Counted from the whole stretch's first letter, positions 31,758 to 43,376 are shown. The stretch is 63,988 nucleotides of DNA, filler included, from Licmophora abbreviata (GCA_900291995.1; 11 parts of 11 records of this genome joined end to end with filler, not necessarily neighbours in it), one strand, 5' to 3'. A program made the numbers and translations. The notes: generated by a model not told the origin, from the sequence alone.

Positions 31758-32720
31758 ATGGATAGAAATCCATCCGTCTTTATATCCTGCGAAGATGACA
31801 TGCCAAGGCGTCTCGGAGTCTTCAACATTGCCTGTACCGTCACTAGTGTTTTGATTTTGTGGGTGCCGCTCCGCACACTGCGACGCGTCATGTGGACTGC
31901 TACAACCAATACGAAACCTACTACTACTACTACTAATACTACTTCTGCACCGACAAGAACAATAGCAACGCCGCAAACCAAGCTATACGCGATATCGCTA
32001 CTTCTGCTCTTCCTTGGAAATTTGGTAGAACATGCAAGTGGCTACGTAGGACCTCCTTCGCTCGATGCCTGCGCGACCCTTCACAATTTAGCCCTCTTTG
32101 CAATGATGTATCAAGAGTTCCTCTGCAATGACGAGTATCATTGGCATCTTTCTGCAAACCGATTACTTCCATCTCTCTCTTCGGTTTCGTTTATTGCCGT
32201 CATTCTAGGGATACAGCTGCTTCTCTTGGGATTCACAAGGTCCTCCCAGGATGAAGCCTTGTTTGTCAAATTCATGCAGCCTGTGAATCTCCTCAATGTC
32301 GGCATGATGGGGTGGATGAGCTATCATCAAGAACATCAGCAAGCATCAACTCGTACGGACGCAAGTCTTCTAACGAAAGAGTCATCATCGGTTCGCCTGT
32401 CTCCGTGGTTCTTGTTTCGCGCCAGTTTGGTCGCTGTCGTGCTTGTGGTGGTGTCGGTAGAATGGGAAAAGACGCACTGCGACGAGCTCATGTGGATGAC
32501 CCAATCATTATCATCATCACTACCATGGAAACTATGGAGGGGTGACGATCTGCGACGAGTCTATCATGCCGTCTATGTGCATACCATTATTTCATTCCTC
32601 TTTTGGGGTGCGTCGGAGTGTGCCTTGCGGCTCGTGGAAGGAACGAGGATAACAACAGTGCCGGGAAAGTCAAGTCGTACTGCCGCAGGTAACTCCAACA
32701 TCAATGTGAAAACGCACTAG
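31758..32720 (+). CDS. Multi-pass membrane protein, possibly a divergent alkaline ceramidase/CREST family member
   Basis: ~7 TM segments. SCEDD near the N-terminus, GNLVEHA, WEKTHCDEL and YHAVYVH resemble CREST motifs. Confidence 0.55.
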   Translation: MDRNPSVFISCEDDMPRRLGVFNIACTVTSVLILWVPLRTLRRVMWTATTNTKPTTTTTNTTSAPTRTIATPQTKLYAISLLLLFLGNLVEHASGYVGPPSLDACATLHNLALFAMMYQEFLCNDEYHWHLSANRLLPSLSSVSFIAVILGIQLLLLGFTRSSQDEALFVKFMQPVNLLNVGMMGWMSYHQEHQQASTRTDASLLTKESSSVRLSPWFLFRASLVAVVLVVVSVEWEKTHCDELMWMTQSLSSSLPWKLWRGDDLRRVYHAVYVHTIISFLFWGASECALRLVEGTRITTVPGKSSRTAAGNSNINVKTH

Positions 32721-32974
32721 CATAAATCAACCGTACACGAACGAACAATGGCACGCACACACGAGTCGACCCTTGTCGCCAAGCTTGTCTAAAACAAAAA
32801 GAGGTTGGCCCTCATGACTGCAATACACCTTCGCACTCGTTCGTCCTCTCGGCCACACTCTAGTCTTGTCTTTTAAAGCATTAGCACGCACCGTCCATAA
32901 ATACATCCGCATCAATCTTCACAAGCAAGTTCTCTCCTTCTTCTACCCACATCAGACACACTACTGTATGTTCT

Positions 32975-34524
32975 CTACACAGTTTCCTTTTTCTTTTCTT
33001 CCACCACCTCTTCCGTCACTTCAATCTTGACACTACTCGGGTCAATCGACGCACACTCTTCCGCTCGCTTCTTGTTCCAGAACGACGCCGGCAAGATCTT
33101 GGCAGGATTGCATCGACTCTGATACTTCTTTACAACTTCCGTCACTTCATCAAACAATCCCGTATCCAACGTGATGGGGTCCAATCCCAGACTGCAAAAC
33201 TTCTGATTCGCCACGTCCAACTCATTCTCGGCTGCCTCCTGACGAGGATTTGGAATCTTGTTCACTTCTACGCCCGTCATGTCGGCCACCAGCTGGGCAA
33301 TGTCGCGGACGCGGCGTGTCTCGGCGACCTGATTGAAAATTTCGACGCGGTCGCCGCTGGCGGGAGGGTTGTTGATGGCAATTTCGATGCACCGGGCCGT
33401 GTCGGTAATGTGAATAAAGGCGCGAGTTTGTCCGCCGGTGCCGTAGACGGTGAGCGGGACGCCCATGGCGCCCTGCATGAGGAAGCGATTCAAGACGGTG
33501 CCGTAATCTCCATCGTAGTCGAATCGGTTAATGAGACGTTCGTCGAGAGCGGTCTGAGGTGTGTTGGTACCCCAGACAATGCCTTGATGAAGATCGGTGA
33601 CACGAAGTTGATCGTTCTTTTGGTAGAACTGCCACAGCAAGGCATCAAGACACTTGGTGGCATGGTAGACACTTCCAGGGTAGGCCGGATGCAGAATGTT
33701 AGCTTCCCTTCCTCCCGGGAGGGTGACGTCAATGTATCCTTCCGGGATTTCTCCTCCTGAAGTGCCGTAGCCATAGACTCCCATGGTTCCAAGATGAACA
33801 ATATGAGCATCCACCTCTGCGTCAATGACGGCACAGCAGAGATTGTTGGACCCCGAAACGTTGTTGTCTACCGTGTAACGCTTGTGCTTGGCCGACTTCA
33901 TTGAGTAGGGAGCGGCACGCTGCTCTGCAAAGTGGACAATAGAATCGGGCTGCTCTTCCTTGATAAGCTGAACGAGGAGGTCGTAGTCTTCCGCGACATT
34001 GAGATTGACAAAGGAAATATCCTTGCCCGAAACTTCCTTCCATGCTTGCACGCGGACCTGACAGAAAGTGGAGAATAAACATGAGAGAGGCGGTGGGGGT
34101 GATATGATCTACAGGACCAAAGATACTCGCTGTAATCCGAGAATTAGTGCATAGAGTAGTGCACAGCTTCTGTAATTAGTCTACTCACCTCCATGGGTTG
34201 AATGGGCGTCAAGGAGTCGCACCCCAGTTCGACATCAATGTTTCTTCGACTCAAATTGTCCACCACGACAACATCATGTCCCTGGTCACTCAAATACAAG
34301 GACGTGGGCCACCCGCAAAAGCCATCGCCTCCCAGCACCAGCACCTTTTTCTTACTAGCAGTGCTTCCATTCAGGCCGCCGTTGACAGCGTCGCCATCGA
34401 CTGCCATTCTTAGTGTCGTCATCGTTGTAGGAGAGCTCAGTTTGGAACCGACAAAGGAGACGGGCTTGGCTGTAAAGGCCGCCGACAGAGCCGGGAGAAG
34501 CGATAAGACACACAGCAACTTCAT
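32975..34524 (-). CDS. SQD1: UDP-sulfoquinovose synthase, plastid-targeted (exons 34524-34189, 34057-32975)
   Basis: LGGDGFCGWPT, DNLSRR, SLTPI, HFAEQRAAPYSM, LGTMGVYG, YHATK, DLHQG, YDGDYGTVLNRF; signal + SAAF presequence. Confidence 0.97.
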
Positions 34525-35182
34525 CGTCAGTGTATTGAAATTCTNNNNNNNNNNNNNNNNNNNNNNNNNNNNNNNNNNNNNNNNNNNNTTAATTAATTAA
34601 NNNNNNNNNNNNNNNNNNNNNNNNNNNNNNNNNNNNNNNNNNNNGTGTATTGAAATTCTCTTTTGGACTGTGGAGGGATCCACGGCCACACCTGCAAGTA
34701 CGAGTAGTCAACGAAGTGAACGAGAGAATGGCAGGTGTTGTCCCGATGATCGCACTCGTTGCTCTACAAACGACGCGCGCGCCCTGATTTGCGGAGGTGC
34801 GTTTTTCCGAGATTCTACGGAGATTCACTACCAAAGTCTACGGCGATCTTGAACTCACTTCAACAAACTGACAACACTTTGGAATGCGTCCTCGTAGCTT
34901 TGATATGGAGATGAACGAAGATCAAAGGACGGCCACTCATTTCTCGCAGGGAAACGTCAGAGCCATCAAGCGATGATGTAGGAGCGCGAAGAAGAGCTCG
35001 TGAAAACCATGGAATCTGGAACTTACCAACTTTCAAAGTTAATTTTCGCGAGAAATCCGTCAACTTTCCACTACGTTGTCTATTCGACCATGTTGATGTG
35101 ACGGTCCACAAACGGCGGCGGCTCTGGGCGAAAACTGTTCTCCCTGCTGTGACTGAGACATCTGTTTCGCCTCCAGTCATCG

Positions 35183-36709
35183 ATGAGAAGCGAAAGAGCC
35201 TGGGAAGGGAGCGTGGAAAGAAAACAGCAATCTATGCACCAGAGTCGAGGACGGGTCGTTTTTTGTTTTCGTTCTTCAACACTACTACTGGTACTACCTG
35301 TAGTCTGGTTTCTGGGGTCTTGCTGCTGTTTTGTTGTCCCTCCATCATCGGCGTTTCTCATTCTTCCATCCATCCAAGAATCCATATCTACAAAACGATT
35401 CACGACAAGCATGTCCAAGCAAACGCCATCGCTCTCTTCTTCGTCGTCTTCATTGGCGGCAGCGACAGATCGTTCGTCCCGCTCATCCTCATCACCATTG
35501 CCATTGTACATAACCATTGGACCTCCCTGTGCTGGAAAGACTACTCTATTGAAAAATATGCAAACAGGCACTTTCAAAATTTTCGACGTCGCGATCGACG
35601 ACCAACGCGACATTTACATACCAGTCCCCACCCGTCTCTTTCTGGCCGACGACAGCAGGTCGGCACTCCATACTAGTACAGCTCTTACGTTTCAAAAAGA
35701 CACTCGCTTCCTGAGGCGACGTTTTCACTCCAAGACCATGGAGAGTCGGATTTACGGTGACGAGAATACAGAACTACGAGCCGTCTTGCAACGATTCAAT
35801 GGTACCATGTCGGCACAGGAGTTTTGTCACTGTATGGAGAGGCTATATCAAAGTTATCGTGGTGACACGGAGCATGCATACACGCAAGCCTGTACTGATT
35901 TGGTGGACGTGGTGGAAGAAATCATCGACAAAGCTGCTTCTACTGCCACTCCGCTGACACTCCACAACACGACGGATGTATTTTGCGTAGAGAGTATCTT
36001 TCGACCGCATCCCCGGACCAACTACACGGGCTTGGAAATGGCCAGGCATCATCTGCTCAAGTTTGCCACGCGGTCGCCCCGGCATGCAGTGGCGTGGGGC
36101 AATACAAATACGCGACCACACGAATATAAGGATGCGATGGAAGCTGCACAACGTACCGGGAGGCCTGTGCACTTTATTGTCTACATGAGAGGAGAGTGTG
36201 TAGTGGACGGTAGTGATGAGTGTCTGGATCAAATGAGTTTCAAGGATCTGCTGCAGCGGAGTCTGTATCGGCTGTTGGCAACGGGCAGATATGTTCCAGC
36301 CAAGGCTATTTTGGACTTGTCGAAGAGAGTTGAGACTTTGGTGGAACGGGCGATGAGCGAGTTGGAGCAAAATGCGGGGGTAGTAAAGATTGTCAGTAAG
36401 AAGGATGGTCGTGTCGACGATGACGAACAACAAGTAGAGCCGGTGAACACAACGTTTACCAAATTAGAACTGGATGTCGTTTTGGCGAAATTCATCAACT
36501 TTGAAATGCAGCCCGATCGCACCGTTCGTTATGTCGCCCAACTTTCCGATCGCAAGAAACAAGTGGAAACTCGGTATGGGAATGGCGAACGAGGACAGGG
36601 ACAGCAAGCTCGTTCGAAAAATAGAGGGACGCAACAGCAAGCGACCGGATCAGAAGGCGTTTCATCGACGAGACGACCGCATTACAGTCGATCAGAAGCA
36701 ACACGTTAG
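35183..36709 (+). CDS. P-loop NTPase/kinase-like protein, probable plastid presequence
   Basis: YITIGPPCAGKTT Walker A; WGNTNTR motif; hydrophobic signal plus Ser-rich transit-like region. The start codon is uncertain. Confidence 0.65.
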   Translation: MRSERAWEGSVERKQQSMHQSRGRVVFCFRSSTLLLVLPVVWFLGSCCCFVVPPSSAFLILPSIQESISTKRFTTSMSKQTPSLSSSSSSLAAATDRSSRSSSSPLPLYITIGPPCAGKTTLLKNMQTGTFKIFDVAIDDQRDIYIPVPTRLFLADDSRSALHTSTALTFQKDTRFLRRRFHSKTMESRIYGDENTELRAVLQRFNGTMSAQEFCHCMERLYQSYRGDTEHAYTQACTDLVDVVEEIIDKAASTATPLTLHNTTDVFCVESIFRPHPRTNYTGLEMARHHLLKFATRSPRHAVAWGNTNTRPHEYKDAMEAAQRTGRPVHFIVYMRGECVVDGSDECLDQMSFKDLLQRSLYRLLATGRYVPAKAILDLSKRVETLVERAMSELEQNAGVVKIVSKKDGRVDDDEQQVEPVNTTFTKLELDVVLAKFINFEMQPDRTVRYVAQLSDRKKQVETRYGNGERGQGQQARSKNRGTQQQATGSEGVSSTRRPHYSRSEATR

Positions 36710-37162
36710 AGTCGCAAAACAAAACATCGCCAAAACGATGGAAGGACGCCTCTGCTCAGAGTAGTACTGGATCATCGTCTAGGAGAAATCAGAGCTAACG
36801 TTGTCAAACACAGAGTCAGCGACGTAAAGGCCGTGCGTCGTCGCGAGATACCAACGTAGGCGAGCTCGGCTACGTTGTATGATCGAATGAATCCTGCGGA
36901 TGAGACACCACACCAGTCGTACTTTGGGAGGGGACCGTCTCGCAATTTCTAAAATAGTGGCACAAGCAAGCAATTGGCAACAGTCGTGCGAGTAGTTCTC
37001 ACGACAATCAAAACGTCGAAGCAAAGAAGCGCTACTATGACGATCGTTCGGCAACGACTACGACGAATAGCACAAAGCTTCCTTCGAGTGCGTGTTTCAA
37101 AGGAGGTTTTCGTTTCTCTTTCCCTCACACTCGCATGGCTAGTCTCTCTCGCGCACCATAAC

Positions 37163-38722
37163 TTAGTTCAAGTCTGCCAACAATGGCATCCACAATGGAT
37201 AACTCCTCGCAAAGTCCTCCCGGTCAATATCATCACACAAAGCCTGCACCTGGCTCATTTTACATTCTTCCGTCGTAATACAAAAGTCCGCTTCGGCTCG
37301 GTTCTTGATCGGATTCTGCAAGACACTGTGAATCGACACACCCTGATTCTCGGCGAGCTCACCGACCCGCCGAATGATGCCCAGCGCATCCCGGAACGGA
37401 ATACGAATGTAAAAGGACGATGTATAGTCATGATCCAAGTCCAATTCTGACTGCATTGGAAAAGGATTCCTAGTGGCAGTACCAGTCGCAATCCGCATGA
37501 CATCGGCCACGACACTGTTGGCAGTAGGAAACCGCCCTGCTCCAGGACCTGTATAGCTACTGATCCCCATATTGGCCGATTGTATCGCTACAGCATTCCC
37601 ACTGCCCCTCGCACTGGCAAGTAAATGCGTATTGTGCACCACATAGGGCGCGACATAGACTGACAGGGCCCCATCGTGTTCCCCATACTGACTCATCCGC
37701 GCAGCCGTGCCGACCAATTTGATGGTACAATCCAGCGACTTGGCGTATTCAAAGTCGACCGACGTGATACTCGAAATGCCCTTGCAAGGGATGCTGTCGA
37801 CTGGCACGGTCGTACCAAAGGCGAGTTTTGCCAAAATACTAATTTTGGCCCGCACATCATGGCCCTCGACGTCGGCCGTGGGGTCGGCTTCGGCATAGCC
37901 CAAGTCCTGAGCTTCCTTTAGCACTTCATCGTAATCGTAGCCTTGTTCCATCTTGCCAAGCATGTAATTCGTAGTGCCATTGCAGATGCCCTACGATACA
38001 ACATCATCAAGAACGACAATTAGGATGAGTGAGAACTGAACCACACACACACTTCCCGCAACGACCGAGCGATTGAACACTTGAGTAGTAGAGTCAGTCC
38101 GTCCATCACTCTTGAATATCAAACTACAGCAACGACTCACCATGACTTGATGAATGACGTCCCCCGCATAACACGTGTGCAGTGTCTGAATAATGGGAAT
38201 CCCACCACAGACGGCCGCCTCATAGGCCAGTATCGCGTGGTTGTCCAAAGACAACGCATGGAGTTCTTCCAAATGCTCGGCCACCAGTGCCTTATTGGCG
38301 GTAACAACATGCTTGTTCTTGGATAAAGCGGTCTCGACAACCGTCTTGGCCAGCGTCGTCCCGCCCATGACTTCCACCACGACATCAATGTCGGTGTCGT
38401 CGGTAATATCCTTGACGTCAGTGACCAGTTTCGTGAAATTCGGGTCGAGGTGGAAGTCCCGTGGTTTGTGAATGTCGCGGACACAGACTTTGGTAACAAG
38501 GAGACTGCGGGGAAGAGAGGGCGACGATGATGATATACTAGTAGCAGCAGTGTTCGTAGAACTGCCACTTCCACTAGTACCTGTAGTAGTAGTAGTGTTA
38601 GGACTGCAGCTTCCCATCAAGCGGCCCATGATGAGTTCGTAGACTCCTCCGCCCACCGTCCCACCGCCGATCATGCCAATGCGAAGGGGTGCGGAGCGTG
38701 TCGAAGCCGAAGAAGTAGACAT
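37163..38722 (-). CDS. hom: Homoserine dehydrogenase with C-terminal ACT domain (exons 38722-38141, 37990-37163)
   Basis: GGGTVGGG, VVEVMGG, VVTANK, YEAAVCGGIPII, GICNGTTNY (formed after splicing), GYAEADPTADVEGHD, GPGAG..PTANSV and an ACT-like tail. Confidence 0.95.
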
Positions 38723-39276
38723 GATGTTTTATAAATCTAATGGAGACAAATAGTAGTGTCTTTTGTGTGGTGGTTGTTGTGTGATTTTGAGATTGCAATG
38801 AATGATTGTTGTTTCGAACTTCTGTGATTGCAATCCTAGTTTTGTTGGGTTATGAGCGTGCGGGAGTAGCTTGTGCGAGGTCTTTCGTCTTTTTTTCAGA
38901 CTGGCTCGTGGAAGAGCATAAAGTATTCATATATATTTTTTAAAATATATATATCACCCTGGCGGGGTTCGGTTCAAATCGAGCACACTCTACGAAAAGT
39001 AAGAAAGAACGGAAACTGAGCGTACATATACACATAATAACACATTGATACTAGTATATCCAAAAATTTCCAATTTCACCCTCCCCCGCTCGGAACATCC
39101 AGCGAGCACAACGCTCCCGGACACGACGACGACGAGCATAGCAAGAGAGTGAGTGAGAGTGTTGCGTGACCCCGTCGAGTGAGTCTGGTACAGTACTGTA
39201 TCATACGCTCTCTCGCTGCTTCATTGATTAAAGTTGCTTCTAAAGAAGCTCACAAGGACGTCAAATTCTCATACGA

Positions 39277-40232
39277 ATGTCGTCGCCCTACGGAAAGTCG
39301 TACGGAACCACCTCCTCCACTCCGCTGCAGCAGCGCAGGCCTCCGCCGTTTGGAAGCAGTCAGCAGCAGCAGGGCTACTACTACTTCGACACTGAAAATG
39401 AGACTCATCAGACTTCGGACGGCACTGTCTTTTCCATGAAACGACGACACCGAAAAAACACTACCTCTGCTGCTGCTGCTTCTTGGAGGAGGAATCTCCT
39501 GTGCATGTCGCCTCTCCTGGTCTTGTTTCTCTGGAGTGCGGCTGTCGTGACGCACACGACCAACAGCAGTACGAGTAGTGCTACGAGCACTGTGCAGACT
39601 ACAGATGCCATGACGAGTACTTCTTNNNNNNNNNNNNNNNNNNNNNNNNNNNNNNNNNNNNNNNNNNNNTTAATTAATTAANNNNNNNNNNNNNNNNNNN
39701 NNNNNNNNNNNNNNNNNNNNNNNNNCTTCTACTACTGCTGCAAATATGATTCCACTACAGCAGGAGACTGCACAAGCACACAAGGCGCACGCCAAGGAAG
39801 TCCTGCTTGCCAAGCATCATACGCGACATGCGCAGCAGCAGCAACAATCGACAAAGAGCGACATTCCCGTATTGACGCCATTGGGGGAGACCATGCAACA
39901 ACCAGCAGCTGCTTCGTTACAACAGCTTGTAGTAGTCCAACCGCAACAGCAAACCCTATCGGACCAGACTGTGCAGAATCCCGCAACGACGACGACGACA
40001 ACGAACCCAGCCATGGAGACGGCTCCAAGCGCACAAGTCGTCTTGCAAGAACGGACGCAAGCCATGACACAGCAACTTCCACAGACGGTCTACTATTACG
40101 ATCCCGCTCAGAATCAGGGTGGCCTTCCGACGGTGGTCTATGATGCGCAGGGTCGGGCTGTCGATGTGGCGTCTCTGGCGACTCCCCAGACGGAAATTTA
40201 TCTTCAACGACCACTCCAACAACAACCACTCC

Positions 40233-40269
<37 letters not shown>

Positions 40270-40594
40270 GTCGCTCGAGTCCTCCTCTACTACTACTCTG
40301 GAGTCTCCCGAAACACGCCAGTTGGCCATGCAAGAATGGGGCAAGAGTGCCTCGCAGGATCAAATGATTATTGTCAGTACCGTTGCCGTCATGGCATTGT
40401 TGGTGGGAGCCTTGACGGCACGACGCCTTCGATCCAAAAACTTTTTGTCCAGTTGCATTGAAAATGAATCGCTCCAAGACGAAGTGCGCTTGGATGCGGC
40501 CTATACGACTACGGATACAGATGGATATGCACACCACCAACTGGACTACGACGCAATGCCATGGAAGGGGGATTTGGAAAAGTTTGACGTCTAA
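39277..40594 (+). CDS. Gln/Thr-rich membrane protein with two TM segments, spanning the spacer at 39626-39725
   Basis: Contig ends overlap by CTTCT and join in frame (MTSTS-TTAANMIPLQ). N-terminal TM (LLVLFLWSAAVV), C-terminal TM (IIVSTVAVMALLVGAL), tail ending WKGDLEKFDV. Confidence 0.7.
40232..40270 (+). repeat. (CAA)12CAG microsatellite encoding polyQ13
   Basis: Read directly from the sequence. Confidence 0.95.
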
Positions 40595-41237
40595 GTGCTT
40601 CACTGCTGGCAATACTTGTGGGAGAGACGAGTTAACAGACAGAGTAAACAAACTTGCACTGTGGGACACGGGACGACGGTTGTGTGTGGGATTTCTCTAG
40701 TTTCTATTTTACACACGAGTATGAACGACGGCCGAGTGAGTGAGTGAGTGAGTCTATAGTATATGAAATAGAGAGTCAATCGTTGTCTCCTCGTTGTTGT
40801 GTGTATCAGGGCGTATGTGTGAGCTCGTGCACCAGTAAGTAGTAGCGCAGTGCCGGCAGTCGTTCTTTGGTTTTGGCATACCGGTATGATACATACATCT
40901 TTGACGGTGGGCCCTTCTCGCGTGGTGCTTTCGTTGACTCGAATGTTTTGCGAGTCTGGTGAGTCCATATTGGGTCAGTTATCGCTCTCTTTGGAGTTAA
41001 GACTTGGACGGGGAGTGATGAGTCGAGTCCCCTCAGCGCAAGATCCTTCTACACGTCGTCCGGAGTAGTTGCAAAATTACTACTACGCAATTACTTCACG
41101 AGTCGATTAGCTTATTTCTACTCATTCAAGGCATTGGCTACGCACTACTATCACTCACTATCAATCACTGTCAACAACAAGCACATATTTCTCTCTTTGG
41201 TGCGCCGTGGGATAATTATATGTACCTAGGAGACTAC

Positions 41238-41927
41238 TCAAGCAGATGGCACGCCGACGACACTGGAGCTGTCTTGACACTTTACAGCCACATCTCCAGA
41301 TTTTGCTCGGACACGCATGAGTTCTGTGCGGACCTCGCCTGGGTCGACAAACCGAACACCTTCAAGTCCCGAATTCGGGAATGATTCAAGGCAAGTGTAG
41401 GACTCGCCTGGGCCGATCGGACCGGTAGGCTCCGGGCAAAAGTTTCCGAGAATCTGATCGAAGCGAACTAGAAATTCGCCGTTGACAGAAACTTCAAGGT
41501 CAATCTTTTTGAGATCGATTGGAGTTTCAGAGTCATTCGTAACGACGTAGTCGATGGTAACATCCCCCTCCGGAGAAAGGAGGCCCGGGGAGATTGTATA
41601 CGAACAGGAAAGGGGCGACTGACACACAATTCCCTTGCACATGGGACGACCTGCATCTTGGCACGCCCCCAGGCACCATGCATCACTCAAGCAGGGGCGG
41701 AAGCTGCAACCGAGGTTGAGAAGGTCTCGGTTTTCCTCGTCTCCTCCATGGCGAAGGTAGGAGGAGTCTTCTGTTGCGGCCTCCGGAGTCGTCTCGCGGT
41801 ACCGATGGTCAAAATGCTTGGAGGTGTTGTCCGTCTCGGACGCTTCCATGGAGATGGACCCTTGGGCCATGTCCGAAAGGGCCAAACTGGCCAACAGTGT
41901 AGCAAGGGCGGCGATGGAGATCTTCAT
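41238..41927 (-). CDS. Secreted Cys-rich protein with Ig-like domain; paralog of 4597-5271
   Basis: Signal MKISIAALATLLASLALSDMAQG; YLRHGGDEENRDL; CSFRPCLSDAWCLGACQDAGRPMCKGIVC; CPEPTGPIGPGESYTC. Confidence 0.85.
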   Translation of the reverse strand: MKISIAALATLLASLALSDMAQGSISMEASETDNTSKHFDHRYRETTPEAATEDSSYLRHGGDEENRDLLNLGCSFRPCLSDAWCLGACQDAGRPMCKGIVCQSPLSCSYTISPGLLSPEGDVTIDYVVTNDSETPIDLKKIDLEVSVNGEFLVRFDQILGNFCPEPTGPIGPGESYTCLESFPNSGLEGVRFVDPGEVRTELMRVRAKSGDVAVKCQDSSSVVGVPSA

Positions 41928-42488
41928 GGTGTCTTCTTTGTTATGCGAAGAGACAAATTAGCGAGAAATGAAGAGGCCAAGGGCACAGCAATCCCGCAAT
42001 GTCTATCGCCGATCGCCAAAACGACTTCAAATTATGCAATCATATTCGTGTACGAATACGCGTTATATATACGCTGTCAAACGGGACACGACCGGGACTG
42101 AAAACACCAAGACACGGCGCGCCAAAACCAGAACGACGTCGGAAGTCTTGGAGTTCCATCAGCGGATGGCCAGTCTGGTTCGAGATCAGCAGTGAAAGTC
42201 TTGACAGAATGACATGTACCGGTATGACACGTCGCATCCTTCCATGGGGCATCATATCATAGCTTGTGGGCTTCCCGTCCACGAAAAGAGATCTACGAGG
42301 TTTGCCGAAAAGATACCGTCAAATTGACTTCGTAGAGTTCGCATCCTCCAAAGTGCGTGTCCAAGCGTGACGAGTTCTGACGTACTTCATAGGCGCCCTA
42401 TGTACTTTGACATCATCGAGCCGCGACCGATGGGGAAATCCCGATCCAGAATTCCCATGTCGATGACACAAAATCAAAGAGCTCGGAA

Positions 42489-43376
42489 ATGAAAATGAAG
42501 ATCCATGGTGGAATTCTGGCGCTAGGCGTCTTTCAATGTATCGGCTGGGAAAGTAGTGCCTTTGTCATTCCTACAGCCGGAACACTGTCTAGGCCGCAGA
42601 TAGCGCTGAGCTCCACAAATCAAAATGAGGCCGTTGGGATGCGCGTGTCCGCTGGGCCACAACCGACGGGCGGGGCGCCTCTAGTAAGCAGTGCACCGAA
42701 ATCAGTGGGGAAGAATCTCGACCTGCCGACTTCCAGAATCTGGGAATCGGCGGAACCAGTACGAGTGGAGGGAGCGTCGCTCCAGACATGGCCTGTTCCC
42801 ATCGAAATGGACGCAATGCACGTGTCCATGATGACCGAGGGACGCCCGCTCAAGTCCAATATCGAATTGTGGCAGGGACCAGACTACACTCCGTCGAAAT
42901 TGCGGATCTACTCGGAGGATGGGAGTCTGCGTCCTTTCAATGCTTTGGTGTATACTCCAATGGGTTCTAATACAGTCGCAATTTACAACACTGGCTCATT
43001 GGAGTTTCCCTTTACTGCTTGTGTTGAAGGCGACAGTCCCGGAAGCCTGATGGAAGCTCCTATGGTGCTCCAGGAAATGTCAAATCCAAGATTAGTTCAG
43101 GGTGGTATGGTTGTCACAGAGCCTTTTGACTCCTCTGTCGAAAGTGTGCAGATCATGTTGAAGACTGACGGACGTCATCTCAAGGCGAGAATTGAGCTGC
43201 TGCAAGGACCAAACAACAACAAGCAGATACTCGAGTACTACTCCTCTGACGGGTATAAGCGCCCCTTCTTTGCTGTGATTGAGACCCCTGGGAGCGGAAA
43301 TACGGTGAGAATTGTCAATGAAAACACGGTCGAGTACCCCTTCAAGGCGTCTATTGAGCCCTATACTACCTGGTAG
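42489..43376 (+). CDS. Algal protein of unknown function with tandemly duplicated domain and plastid-type presequence
   Basis: Signal + SSAFV. Two repeats: V.M.TEGRPLKSNIELWQGP..YSEDG..RPF..TP..NTVAI.N...EFPF and V..KTDGRHLKARIELLQGP..YSSDG..RPF..TP..NTVRI.N...EYPF. Confidence 0.85.
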   Translation: MKMKIHGGILALGVFQCIGWESSAFVIPTAGTLSRPQIALSSTNQNEAVGMRVSAGPQPTGGAPLVSSAPKSVGKNLDLPTSRIWESAEPVRVEGASLQTWPVPIEMDAMHVSMMTEGRPLKSNIELWQGPDYTPSKLRIYSEDGSLRPFNALVYTPMGSNTVAIYNTGSLEFPFTACVEGDSPGSLMEAPMVLQEMSNPRLVQGGMVVTEPFDSSVESVQIMLKTDGRHLKARIELLQGPNNNKQILEYYSSDGYKRPFFAVIETPGSGNTVRIVNENTVEYPFKASIEPYTTW

